This document shows positions 47,922-57,545 of a stretch of 64,000 bases of DNA, piece by piece (the first letter of the stretch is position 1; each line of letters starts with the position of its first letter). The position numbers were made by a program, and so were the translations under genes. Source of the DNA: Thermoanaerobaculia bacterium. GTDB taxonomy: Bacteria > Acidobacteriota > Thermoanaerobaculia > Multivoradales > JAIOJS01. The notes below the pieces were generated by a model. The model saw only the letters and a program-made list of their open reading frames with translations. It was not told the DNA's origin and did not search any database. The stretch covers positions 372,212-436,211 of the forward strand of contig CAWJWP010000035.1 in assembly GCA_963846495.1 (NCBI GenBank). The letters run 5' to 3'.

Positions 47922-48164
47922 TCAGTCGCCGAGGTTGGTCAGCTCGCCGTCGAGGAAGGCGAGGGCGCTCTCCAGCGCGCCGCGGCGAACCGGAGAGGTC
48001 GTCGCCTCGAGCTCCTGTAGCACGCGGGCGCGAGAGAGCTCGAGACCACGGCGACGCGCGCGGCGCTGGCGCTCGTCCGCGGGCATGCCGCCGCGACGCT
48101 CCTCGCCTCCGCCGGCGTCGGCGATCTGCGACTCGACGGACTTGCTCTCCCAGCCGCGCGCCAT
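47922..48164 (-). CDS. Hypothetical small charged protein (80 aa)
   Basis: The ORF has GC3 bias and lies 9 nt upstream of the nuclease-like gene on the same strand. I recognised no family. Confidence 0.45.
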   Translation of the reverse strand: MARGWESKSVESQIADAGGGEERRGGMPADERQRRARRRGLELSRARVLQELEATTSPVRRGALESALAFLDGELTNLGD

Positions 48165-48173
48165 GGATCTAGC

Positions 48174-48839
48174 TTAGCGAGTCGGTCCACCGGCCGTCTT
48201 GGGCGCTCGCGAAGGCGAGGCGGACGGAGCGGGCTCGGTATGGCGCTGGGCTTCGAGCTGAGCGATCGCGGCGTCGAAGGCAGCGCGGCGCTCAGCGGCG
48301 CTCTTGCGCGAGAGCCTCGCCGCACGGGCGCCGAGCGACTCCTCGCGCGCTCCCGGTGGCACGCCGGGGATCAGCAGCGGCTCGCGCACCGAGGACTGAT
48401 GACGCCGCCAGCCGTCGTAGCTCCACAGCCCGCGGGCGGCGAAGCGCGCCTCGCGTTGCGCCGAGCGCAGCTTGCCGTCGAAATCCGCGGCCTCAGTCCC
48501 TTTCCATTCGACGAGCCCGAGGGAGAGCAGCCCGCGGCGGACGTCCTCGCCGCCGAGCCTTGCCGTGCCGCCCGCAACGTCCACTCGACGGCCAACGAAC
48601 CAGCCGCGCACCAGGTCGCGCCCCTGCGTGCCATAGGGCTCGCCGCCTTCCAGCGGCGTTCCCGGACGCGGCGCGCGCAGCGATGCCAGCCGCAGCGTGC
48701 GCAGCTCCGCGCCGCACTGCAGCCGCAGCGTCGCGGCATCGTCGGCGCCGACGACGAGACAGCTCTCGGCGCGCGCACCAGCTGTCGCCGCCATCGCGAG
48801 CAGCACCACCGCCGGCGCCACTCGCCGCCGGCCCAGCAT
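48174..48839 (-). CDS. Secreted thermonuclease (SNase-like) family protein
   Basis: It has a signal peptide (MLGRRRVAPAVVLLAMAATAGARA). SNase-like motifs are ..EPYGTQGRDLVRGWFVGRRVDV.. and ..REARFAARGLWS. Confidence 0.7.
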   Translation of the reverse strand: MLGRRRVAPAVVLLAMAATAGARAESCLVVGADDAATLRLQCGAELRTLRLASLRAPRPGTPLEGGEPYGTQGRDLVRGWFVGRRVDVAGGTARLGGEDVRRGLLSLGLVEWKGTEAADFDGKLRSAQREARFAARGLWSYDGWRRHQSSVREPLLIPGVPPGAREESLGARAARLSRKSAAERRAAFDAAIAQLEAQRHTEPAPSASPSRAPKTAGGPTR

Positions 48840-48974
48840 TCCAACCTTCGATCCTCTCCCTTGCGTGACCATTGTTTCGACCTCCGGCCCCTACAGACGG
48901 AATCGGTCGCCGAAACCTTGCAGCCTCCCCCGCGACGGCCACGGCCCCGTTCACATCACTGCTAGCCTTCGGGC

Positions 48975-49910
48975 GTGACCGACCCTACGCGTGCCCCGCA
49001 GCTCGCCGGCGCAGCCCCGGACTCCGGCCTAGCGCCGGGCCTGGGCACCGCCCGAGAAGCTCCTTCGCCCATCGACATCGAGACCTACTACACCGAAGCG
49101 GGCATGGACTACCGCGCCTGGAGCCGCGGCTTCAACATGCACTTCGGGCTGTGGCAGCGCTGGATGAACCCGTTCGCGCTCGAGCCGATGCTCGAGCAGA
49201 TGAGCCGCGAGGTGTTCGCGCGGCTGCAGCTCGCCGACGGCGCCAAGGTGCTCGACCTCGGCTGCGGCGTCGGCGCGCCGGCGCGCACGCTCGTCGCCGA
49301 GCGCGCGGTCGCCGTCACCGCGGTGACCAAGGTCGAGTGGCAGATCGCCATGGCGCGGCGGCTCAGCGAAGGCAAAGCCATGCGCGGCACCGTCGAGTGG
49401 CTGCTCGGCGACTACACCGCCCTCGACCTGCCGCCCGCGAGCTTCGACGGCGCCTTCTCCATCGAGGCGAGCTGCCACGCTCACGGCGCCGCCAAAGAGC
49501 CGTTCGTGCGCGAGTGCGCCCGCCTGCTCGCGCCGGGCGCCCGCCTCGTCGTCGCCGACGGCTTCATGAAGAAGAGCCGCGGCATCCCGCGCTGGTACGC
49601 GGCGATGCTCGGCTACATGACGCGCAGCTGGGCGGTCGAGCGTTTCGCCGACCTCGACGCCTTCACCGCCTGCCTCGAGCGCCACGGCCTTGCCGTCGAG
49701 ACGGTGGAGGACGTCTCCTACCGCATCGCGCCGAGCGTGCTGCACGTGCCGCGGGTGACGCTGAAGTTCCTGGCCGCCGAGTTGCTCGTGCGCCGGCGCC
49801 CGCTCAACCGCGCCCGCTGGGGGCACGTGATCGCCTGCTTGATCGCGCCCTTCATCGGCCTCGGCCGCAGCTGGTTCGGGTATTACCTGATCACCGCGCG
49901 CAAGCGGTAG
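48975..49910 (+). CDS. Class I SAM-dependent methyltransferase
   Basis: Motif I is VLDLGCGVGAPARTL. The overall pattern resembles sterol/tocopherol/CFA-synthase-type methyltransferases. Confidence 0.8.
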   Translation: MTDPTRAPQLAGAAPDSGLAPGLGTAREAPSPIDIETYYTEAGMDYRAWSRGFNMHFGLWQRWMNPFALEPMLEQMSREVFARLQLADGAKVLDLGCGVGAPARTLVAERAVAVTAVTKVEWQIAMARRLSEGKAMRGTVEWLLGDYTALDLPPASFDGAFSIEASCHAHGAAKEPFVRECARLLAPGARLVVADGFMKKSRGIPRWYAAMLGYMTRSWAVERFADLDAFTACLERHGLAVETVEDVSYRIAPSVLHVPRVTLKFLAAELLVRRRPLNRARWGHVIACLIAPFIGLGRSWFGYYLITARKR

Positions 49911-50019
49911 ACGGCCGCGGCGGCAGCGCGTCGCTCCGCCGCCTACGGGAATGCCCTCGGTTCGCAGCGGTTCGATGCTGGAGTAGGATTCGCGCCGGCG
50001 CGCCCGCTCCTCCCACCAA

Positions 50020-50778
50020 ATGGCCGAGATGGACCTCGAGCGCCTCTTCGTCGACAACCTACCGCTCATCGAGCGCATCATCGCGGCGACCTGCCGCCGC
50101 AACCGGTTGACCAAGGAAGAGTCGGAAGACTTCGCCTCGGTGGTCAAGCTCAAGCTGATCGCCGACGACTACGGCGTGCTGCGCACTTGGTGCGGCAAGA
50201 GCACCCTCCCCGGCTACCTGCTGACGGTGATCCAGCGCGCCTACTGCGACCACCGGAATCATCTCTGGGGCAAGTGGCGCCCTTCTGCCGAGGCGCGGCG
50301 GCTCGGTCCGCTGGCGATGAAGCTCGACACGCTGCTCTACCGCGACGGCATGACCCTCGACGAAGCGTGCGCCACGGCGGCTCCCGAGGACCGCGACGAG
50401 ATGCGCCGCCTGGCGCCGATGCTGCCGCCGCGGACCAAGCGGCGCTGGGAGGACGTCGAGCAGCTCGAGCAGCTGCCCGCCGGCGAGGCGTCGCCCGAGG
50501 CGTTGCTGCTCGAGCGCGAGCGCTGCGAGGCGGCGGCGGGCATCGAGCGCGTCCTCGCCGAGGCGCTCGGCACGCTGTCGGCCGAGGACCGCCTGCTGGT
50601 GCAGCTGCGCTTCGAGCGTGGGGTGAAGCTCGCCAGCCTGGCCCGCTCTTACGGCGTCGAAGGCCGGCAGCTCTACCGGCGCTGGGAGCTGCTCGCCAAG
50701 AAGCTGCGCAAGGTGCTCGAAGGCAACGGCTTTGATAAGGCGCGGGTGAAGGTCTTTGTTGGAAACGAGACCTGCTAG
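50020..50778 (+). CDS. Sigma-70 family RNA polymerase sigma factor (ECF-like, with an extended linker)
   Basis: The region-2-like segment is FASVVKLKLIADDYGVLRTW..LPGYLLTVIQRAYCDHRNHLWG. The region-4 HTH is LSAEDRLLVQLRFERGVKLASLARSYGVEGRQLYRRWELLAKKLRKVL. Confidence 0.75.
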   Translation: MAEMDLERLFVDNLPLIERIIAATCRRNRLTKEESEDFASVVKLKLIADDYGVLRTWCGKSTLPGYLLTVIQRAYCDHRNHLWGKWRPSAEARRLGPLAMKLDTLLYRDGMTLDEACATAAPEDRDEMRRLAPMLPPRTKRRWEDVEQLEQLPAGEASPEALLLERERCEAAAGIERVLAEALGTLSAEDRLLVQLRFERGVKLASLARSYGVEGRQLYRRWELLAKKLRKVLEGNGFDKARVKVFVGNETC

Positions 50779-50840
50779 GCTCGAGGTAGGACGCAGAGAG
50801 TCGTGACCGGTCCGTCCTCTACCAAGGGTAGAGCCACACA

Positions 50841-51853
50841 ATGCATCACGTCACGGGCTGCTCGACCCTCGAAGACCTCGCCGCGTTCGCCGAGGGGCGC
50901 CTGCGTGGCGCGGAGCGCGCGCAGGTGATCGACCACTTGGCTGGCTGCGCCGATTGCCGCGAGGTGCTGGCCGAGTCGATGGAGAGACCGACGCCGTTAT
51001 CGAGCGCCCGGAGGATCCCTCGCTAGCAGGCGCCCGAGGAGCAGCTGCGGACGCCGCGGCGCGGCGGCCGCCCCCCTACTCCCGCTGGCTCGCCCGCGCC
51101 GCCAGCCTGGCCGCCGCCGCCCTGGTGGCGATCAGCGCCGTGGTGATGTGGCAGGCGAACGCCGGGCGCACGCCGCCCGACCGCAGCGAGTGGCTAGCCG
51201 CCATGCCGCCGGCGCAGGAGCTGGCGCCTCACGTCTGGGGTGGCGTGGTGATGCGCGGCGAAGGCGACACGGGCGAGCAGAATCGTTGGAGCACCGAGCT
51301 AGGCGCTCTGCTAGTCGACGTCGACGTGGCGCTCGCGGCCGGCGACGCCGAGCGCGCCAGGGACTTCCTGCATCGGATAGCGACCATTTTCGACGACGCG
51401 GGTTGGATGGAGGACCACGTCGAGACGCTGCGGCAGATCGCTGAGATCGACGACGCCGGCGAGATGAAGGCCAAGTTCGCGGCGCAGCTATCCGCGCTCG
51501 AAAGCGACATGCGGGAGCGGTTCGAGACCTTCTTCCTCGACCTCGGCACGTTCTTGAACGAGGCGCAGCTCGCTGCACGCACGGGCCGCGAGGATTACCT
51601 CGACACTCCTCGGGCGCGTCGTTACCTCGAGTGGGTGCTGTCGCAGGGCGACGAGCGGCTGCCCGATGCGCTCCTCACCCGGTTGGAGCTGCGCAGGCGC
51701 GAGGACAGCATGACTTACGACGAGCAACAGCAATCCATCACCGACACGCTCGAACCGGTGCGCGCCGAGCTGCTCGTCCTGCGCGACAGCAACGCTGACC
51801 CGGCCGCCCGCGCCGCCGCTGCCGAGCAGATCCTCCGCGCGCTCACCGGCTGA
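50841..51853 (+). CDS. zf-HC2 anti-sigma-like membrane protein, paralog 1 (frameshifted near 50980)
   Basis: It has the motif HLAGCADCREVL (H-x3-C-x2-C), a TM helix and a C-terminal domain that aligns along its length with 52600..53511. The N-terminal 47 aa are in one frame and the rest is in ORF 50954..51853 (-1 shift). Confidence 0.7.
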
Positions 51854-51866
51854 GCGCGCCACCCGA

Positions 51867-52560
51867 TCAGCCCATGAACCCCAGGTCGGTGCTCGCGAAC
51901 CGGCCCAAGTTCGGCAGCACGAGCACCATGTCGCTCTGCGCCACGCCGAACCACCGCGCCAACGTCGCCGAGTACTCGTCGACCGAGGTGGTCGGGATCC
52001 AGCGGCCTTGATTCCCGGCGTCGTTGGCCCGCCGATCGCCAGCGTCGGCATCTCGCCGTAGAAGCGGCCGCCGCGGACGGCGCCGCCGGTGACAAAGTGG
52101 TGGTTGCCCCAGCCATGGTCGGAGCCGTTGCCGTTGGCCTGGTAGGTGCGTCCGAAGTCTGACGCGGTGAAGGTCGTCACCGAATCCGCAACGGCGAGCT
52201 CGGTCATCGCCGCGTCGAACGCTGCCACCGCGTCGTCGAGCCCGTGAGCAAATCCGCGTGCGCGCCCTGCAGCGAGTCGGCACCACTTGGCCATCGTGCG
52301 TGTCGTAGCCTGAGCGGCGCAAAAGAAGATCTGCCGCCGCAGTCCCACCGAGACGAGCTGGGGCGATCATCTTGAGCTGGTTGCCGAGGTCGGTGTCGGG
52401 GAAGGCGGCGGTCAGCACCGGCGGTGTGTCGAGGGCTCCCGACAACGGCTCCTGGCTGTCGAGGGCGGTCTGGAAGATGCCGCGGTCGCCGCGCTCGAAG
52501 AGGTCGCCGTGGTCTGCCGAGGAGGAAACGCAATCTTCAGCCCGGAGCCGGTAAAAAGTC
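51867..52560 (-). pseudogene. DUF1501-family (sulfatase-fold) protein, 5' truncated with about five frameshifts
   Basis: Fragments across three frames read FPDTDLGNQLKMIA, GLRRQIFFCAAQ, GYDTHDGQ and LDDAVAAFDAAMTELAVADSVTTFTASDFGRT..NGNGSDHGWGNHHFVTGGAVRGGRFYGEMP. The last is GRWIPTTSVDEYSATLARWFGV...LPNLGRFASTDLGFMG*. Confidence 0.7.
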
Positions 52561-52599
52561 GAACCCGGTCCGTCTCATTAAGGGAGGGTGGAGCTGGAC

Positions 52600-53511
52600 A
52601 TGGATCACTCCCCCGGTTGCTCGGCCCTCGAAGAAGTCGCTGCGTTCGCGGAAGGGCGGCTGCGCGGAGTGGATCGCGACCGCGTCGTGTCCCACTTGAG
52701 CGGCTGCGCAGAGTGTCGCGAGGTGCTGGCGGAGTCGATCGAAGTGGCCGAAGATCTAGCACTGGAAACGGGGACGGGCGGCGTCGTCGAGCTGCGGCCG
52801 CTGGAACCAACGCGGCAGCGCCGCTTCGGCTCGGCATGGCGACGGTCGGCGGCTTCCGCCGCAGCCGTCGCGGTCGTCGCGAGCTTCCTCGGTTGGCAGG
52901 CGGTGGCGCGCCAGCGACCGCCGAGCCGCGCCGATTGGCTGGCCGAGACGGCCACGCCGCGGGAGTTGCTCCCGCACATCTGGGGTGGCGTCGTCCTGCG
53001 CGGCGAGGGCGAGGTCGGCGAGGCCGACAAGCAGGGCACGGAGCTCGGCGCGTTGCTAGTGGACGTCGACGTGGCCTTGGCGGCCGGCGACGCGGACCGG
53101 GCCCGCGATGTCTTATACCGGATGGCGACCATCCTCGAGGACGCGGGTTATGTGGAGCCTCACGACGCGACGCTGCGTCGGATTGCCGAGGAGAGCGACG
53201 CCGCGGCGATGAAAGCAGCGCTCGCTGACGAGCTGCCCGGGCTCGAGGCGGCCCTGCGAGACCGATTCGACACCATCTACCTCGATCTCGGGACGTTCGT
53301 CGAGGAGGCGCAGGTGGCGGAACGAGTGGGCAACCGCGAGTTCCTGCGCAGCCGCGCGGCGCGCCGCTACCTGGATTGGGTCGTCAGTCAGCGCAAGGAG
53401 CCGCTCCCCGACGCGATACGCGAGGATCTCCGCATCCTGGGCGACCCGAATGCCGGCTCGCCGGAGCGTGCCGATGCGGCCGAGCGGGTCCTGAGAGCGC
53501 TGACGTTCTGA
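52600..53511 (+). CDS. zf-HC2 anti-sigma-like membrane protein, paralog 2 (intact)
   Basis: It has the motif HLSGCAECREVL, a TM helix (AASAAAVAVVASFLGWQAV) and a conserved C-terminal domain. I prefer ATG 52600 over GTG 52588 on RBS spacing and by alignment with paralog 1. Confidence 0.75.
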   Translation: MDHSPGCSALEEVAAFAEGRLRGVDRDRVVSHLSGCAECREVLAESIEVAEDLALETGTGGVVELRPLEPTRQRRFGSAWRRSAASAAAVAVVASFLGWQAVARQRPPSRADWLAETATPRELLPHIWGGVVLRGEGEVGEADKQGTELGALLVDVDVALAAGDADRARDVLYRMATILEDAGYVEPHDATLRRIAEESDAAAMKAALADELPGLEAALRDRFDTIYLDLGTFVEEAQVAERVGNREFLRSRAARRYLDWVVSQRKEPLPDAIREDLRILGDPNAGSPERADAAERVLRALTF

Positions 53512-53523
53512 GCTCGAACGTCG

Positions 53524-56500
53524 ATGCGATCATCGGCCGGGCGGTCTACCGAAGCTGACGTAGGCGCCCAACGGCCGCGGATCGTCACGCTCCTCGCCGG
53601 TCGAGTCGGTCGCGCCGTGTTCTTCGCGGTGGGAACGCTGGCCACCGCCTGCGCCCTCGCGGCGTGGACGCTGGTAACGCCTTTGAAGCCCGCGCCGAGA
53701 CCATTCGCGCAGGCGCGCTCCCCCGTGGGCCGGCTCGCGCTCACGCTCCCCGCCACTCCAAGGGAGGTGGCGGAGCTGGAGTCCCGAGCGGCGGCCGACG
53801 AGACGGCAGAAAACCTCGCGCGGCTCGGCGGGACGTGGCTGGCCAACGGCCACCGCGATCGCGCCATCGGCAAACTGGAAGAGGCGCTCGCCAAGTGGCC
53901 TCGCAACGGCGCCGTCAACAACCAGTTGGCCGTCGCCTATCTCGATCGCGCCATCGCCGGCGAGCGGCCGATCGACCTCGTTCGCGCGTTGGGAGCCGCC
54001 AATCGCGCGATGGTGACGAGCCCGCGCACGCCGGAGCCGCCCTTCAATCGCGCCCTGGTGCTTCAACGTCTCGAGCTTCGCGAGGTCGCCCGCCGGGCTT
54101 GGCAAGACGTGGCGGCGCGCGAGGTCGATCCGCGTTGGCTGAGACAGGCGAAGAGCCACCTGCAGCGTCTCGACGCGCAGCCCGCGCAGCGATCGTGGGA
54201 ACGCGATCGTGAGGAGCTGGAGCGCGCCGCCAAGCGTGGAGAAACGAGCAAGGTCGCCGCCATCGTCGAGCGCTGGCCGGAACCGGCACGGCTCTTCGGC
54301 GAGGAGGACCTGCTGGCGCGCTGGGCCTCGGCAGCCGCGGCCGGGCAGGAAGCCGAAGCGAAAGAAGCCCTGGCAACGGCGGAGGCGATCGGGTCGGCGC
54401 TGGCCCACCGCCGCGGCGACCTCGTCCTCGGCGACGCGGTCGCCGCCATCGCTCGCCGCGCAGTCGCACCCCGAGGGGGACCGTCTCAGGCTCCTCGTCG
54501 AGGGTCATCGCCAGTTCGGCGACGGTCTGCAGGCATACAAGCAACGCCGCCTCGACCAGGCCGACGTCGCTCTCGCGCGTGCCGCCCGCGACCTGGCTGC
54601 CGCCCGCAGCCCCATGGCCCATTGGGCGCGCCTCTACCTCGCTAGCAGCCAGTTCTTTCGCCAGCACCTCGATGCCGCCATCGCGGCGCTCGAGCGGCTC
54701 GGCGCCGACGCTCCGCTCGAGCGCTATCCGAGCCTCGAAGGCAGGCTGCGCTGGCTCCTCGGCGGCATGGACATCCTGCGCTCGCGGCCCGGCGAAGCGC
54801 TCGCCGACCTGCGGCGCGCGTTGGAGCTGCTGGAGGCGGCGGGCGAAGTCGAAGGCTCGGTGGGCGTCCACTACGCGACGGCGATGGTGCTCGGCACGCT
54901 CGGCGACACCGAGGACGCCTGGCGCCACCTCTACGCCGCGCTCGTGCTGCTGCCGCGTCTCCAGAGCCCCGTCCGCGCCACCGCGTGTCTGCAGGAGGCA
55001 GGGATCGCGGCGCTGCAGCTGGGCGAGCTCGAAGCAGCTCTCGACATTCAAGACGAGCTCGTGCTGAGGAGCCTCGCGCTCGGCGAAGCCGAGACCGTTG
55101 CCGTCGCCAAGCTGCGCCGAGCGGAGACCCTGGCGCGGCTCGGGCGTCATCCTGAAGCGCGACAGGAGCTGGCTGCCGCGCGGGCGCACGCCGCTCAAAT
55201 CGCGGCTCCGAGCTTGCGCGCGCGCCTGGAGGTCGAGATCTCGCTGGCGCAAGCCGAGGAGGAGCTCGGCATCGCACCGGCGGCCGCCGCCCGGCGCGCC
55301 ACCGAGGCCATCGCCTTCTTCGAGGAATCCGACTTCCAGTTCTACCTGCCCCTGGCGCACGTGCTGAGGGCCCGCGCCCGCTTCGCCGCCGGCGACGAGC
55401 GGGGCGCGCTCGCCGACTATTTCGCGAGCCTCGACCAGATCGAGAGCACCCGCCGCAACGCGTTGGACCCGCAGCTGCAGATCACGTTCTTCGACCAGTC
55501 CAACGCTCTGTTCGACCAGACGCTGGCAGTGCTGGCCCAGCCGGGACGCGATGCCGACGCGAGCTTCGCCGTCGTCGAGCGCGGCCGGGCGCGCGATCTC
55601 CTCGACCGCCTGAGCTCCGGGAGCGATCGGCCGCCGGCTACCGAGCCGCGCTTGTCCCTGCACGCCCTGCAGCAGCAGCTGCCCGCGGGCACCCTGCTCG
55701 TCCGCTACGCGCTGCTGCCGGATCGCCTGCTGATCTGGTGGCTGACGAGGGACGACAAGGGCTTCGTGCGCGTGTCGAAGCCGGCCAGCGTCGTCGAGGC
55801 CCAGGTCGACGCCGCAGCCCGTGCCCTGCAAGCTCATCGCTCGAAGCGTCGATCCCGGCGCTGCGATGGCTCCATCGCACGCTGCTCGGGCCGGTCGCGC
55901 CGGCCCTGAAGGAGGCGCGATCGGTCGTCTTCATCCCCGACAAGGCCCTCCATCGAGTGCCGTTCGCGGCGCTCGTCGACCCGGCGAGCGGGCAGTACCT
56001 GGTCGAGCGGCACGAGGTGGGAGTCGCACCCAGCGCCCACGTCTACGTGCAGTGCCTGCGCCGGCAGCGGGAGCTGCCGCGAGCCGCGCCGACTCAGGCT
56101 CTCATCGTCGGGGCGACGGAGCCCGATCGCCGCCGCTTTCCTGCCCTCGGCGCGCTCGCCGGCGCCCAAGCCGAGTCGCGCGTCGTCGCCGCGCTCTACC
56201 CTTCCGCGCGGCTTCTCGCCGGCGAGCGTGCGACGCGCGCTGCCGTGCTCGGGCAGCTGTCGCAAGGACCGCAGGTCCTCCACCTGGCCGGCCATTCGCT
56301 GGTCAACGCGAGCCGGCCGGACCTGTCCATGTTCCTGCTTGCCGCGGGACCGCAGCCGCGCGATAGCGGCGTCGTCTACGCGCACGAGATCGAGGAGTGG
56401 CCGTTGGCGAAGACGAGCTTGGCGGTCCTGGCGGGATGCGGGACCGCGGCCGGCGAGATCTCCGCCAGCGAGGGCGCGATGAGCCTGTCGCGCCCCTTCC

Positions 56501-56742
56501 TCGCCGCCGGCGTGCCGGCGGTCGTCGGCTCGCTCTGGCGCATCGACGACGACGCCAGCGCGTCGCTGATGACGACCTTCCACCGGCGCCTGCGCGCCGG
56601 CGACGATCCGCAATCGGCGCTGCGGAGGGCGCAGCTGGCGGAGATCCGCAAAGGCGGCGCCGCGGCCGATCCCGGCACGTGGGCGCCATTCCAGTTGATT
56701 GGCGGCGTGCTGCCGTCGGAGACGGGAGGAGGAGCGGGATGA
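53524..56742 (+). CDS. Membrane-anchored TPR-repeat CHAT-domain (caspase-like) protease, with two frameshifts (about 54450 and about 55840)
   Basis: It has an N-terminal TM helix (AVFFAVGTLATACALAAWTLV) and a long TPR-like solenoid. The C-terminal CHAT domain keeps His (HLAGHS) and Cys (LAGCGTA). It reads through ORFs 53524.., 54209.. and 55738.., and is collinear with the paralog at 61210..64000. Confidence 0.75.
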
Positions 56743-57545
56743 GCTTCAAGTTGAACGTCACGTTCCGCGGCCTGCACATGCTGGTGCCGAGCAGGCCCGT
56801 GGACTTCAAGGGCGCCGATCCCGCCGCTCTCCGCATCGACAGCCTTCTCATCATCACGCCGGCGGTGCGCAAGCAGACGATCCGCGTTCGCGACGTCGAG
56901 CCGCCGCAAAAGTTCGAGGTCGATGCGCACGAAGCGTTCGTGCGGGCGGAGGAGCAGAGATCGGAGCCGCTGGACGGCGACTGGCTGACCCTCGGCGGGC
57001 CGGCCCGCAACGGCGTCGAGCTGCGGCCCGCCGCCCGCCGCATCGTCCAGCTCAGCGTCGCGGCCCGTCAGCCCGTCACGCCGGACCCCGCCCTCCTGGT
57101 AGCGCCGCCGGCGACGCCACCTCCCGGTCGGCTGGCGAGCAGCATTCGGTTGTCGAGCGGCTTGGTCTTCGGCGCCGATCCTTCCGAGCTCGCGTTCGGC
57201 TTCGGCGACGCCTACCGCGGCCGGTTCTTCCGCGACGTTCGCGTCGAGATCGAGGTTCCCGCCGACGAGGCTCAACTACGGATGAGCCCTTTCGACGGCG
57301 GCCGCGAGAGGCTGGTGACGCTGCGACCGATTCGACCGCGGCGCTCCGTCGACCTGATGGTGAGCAATCTCTGCAAGAAGGACGTGGCGATCGCTCCCGA
57401 GCCCGACGAGGACTTCGCCGTCTACTACGACCTGCTCGACGGCTACACGGGTCGGCGCTTCGTCCCGGCGCCCATCTTGCCTCCGCCCGAAGAGGTGGCG
57501 GCCCTGGCCGTTCGACCGGGAGGCTGCTTCCCTACCATCGCGTGA
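56739..57545 (+). CDS. Conserved hypothetical protein coupled to CHAT (paralog of 60233..61213)
   Basis: The ATG overlaps the CHAT stop (ATGA) after GGGAGGAGGAG. It shares N-terminal FKLNVTFRGLHMLVPSR, VRVEIEVP and DEDFAVYYDLL..RRFVP with the paralog. Confidence 0.6.
   Translation: MSFKLNVTFRGLHMLVPSRPVDFKGADPAALRIDSLLIITPAVRKQTIRVRDVEPPQKFEVDAHEAFVRAEEQRSEPLDGDWLTLGGPARNGVELRPAARRIVQLSVAARQPVTPDPALLVAPPATPPPGRLASSIRLSSGLVFGADPSELAFGFGDAYRGRFFRDVRVEIEVPADEAQLRMSPFDGGRERLVTLRPIRPRRSVDLMVSNLCKKDVAIAPEPDEDFAVYYDLLDGYTGRRFVPAPILPPPEEVAALAVRPGGCFPTIA

Noticed and set aside
49947-49976. An ECF-type promoter-like string (GGGAAT-N18-TTCGAT) upstream of the sigma factor gene.
   Set aside because: The spacing and the -10 element do not match the GGAAC-N16/17-CGT consensus well enough, and the string cannot be distinguished from chance.
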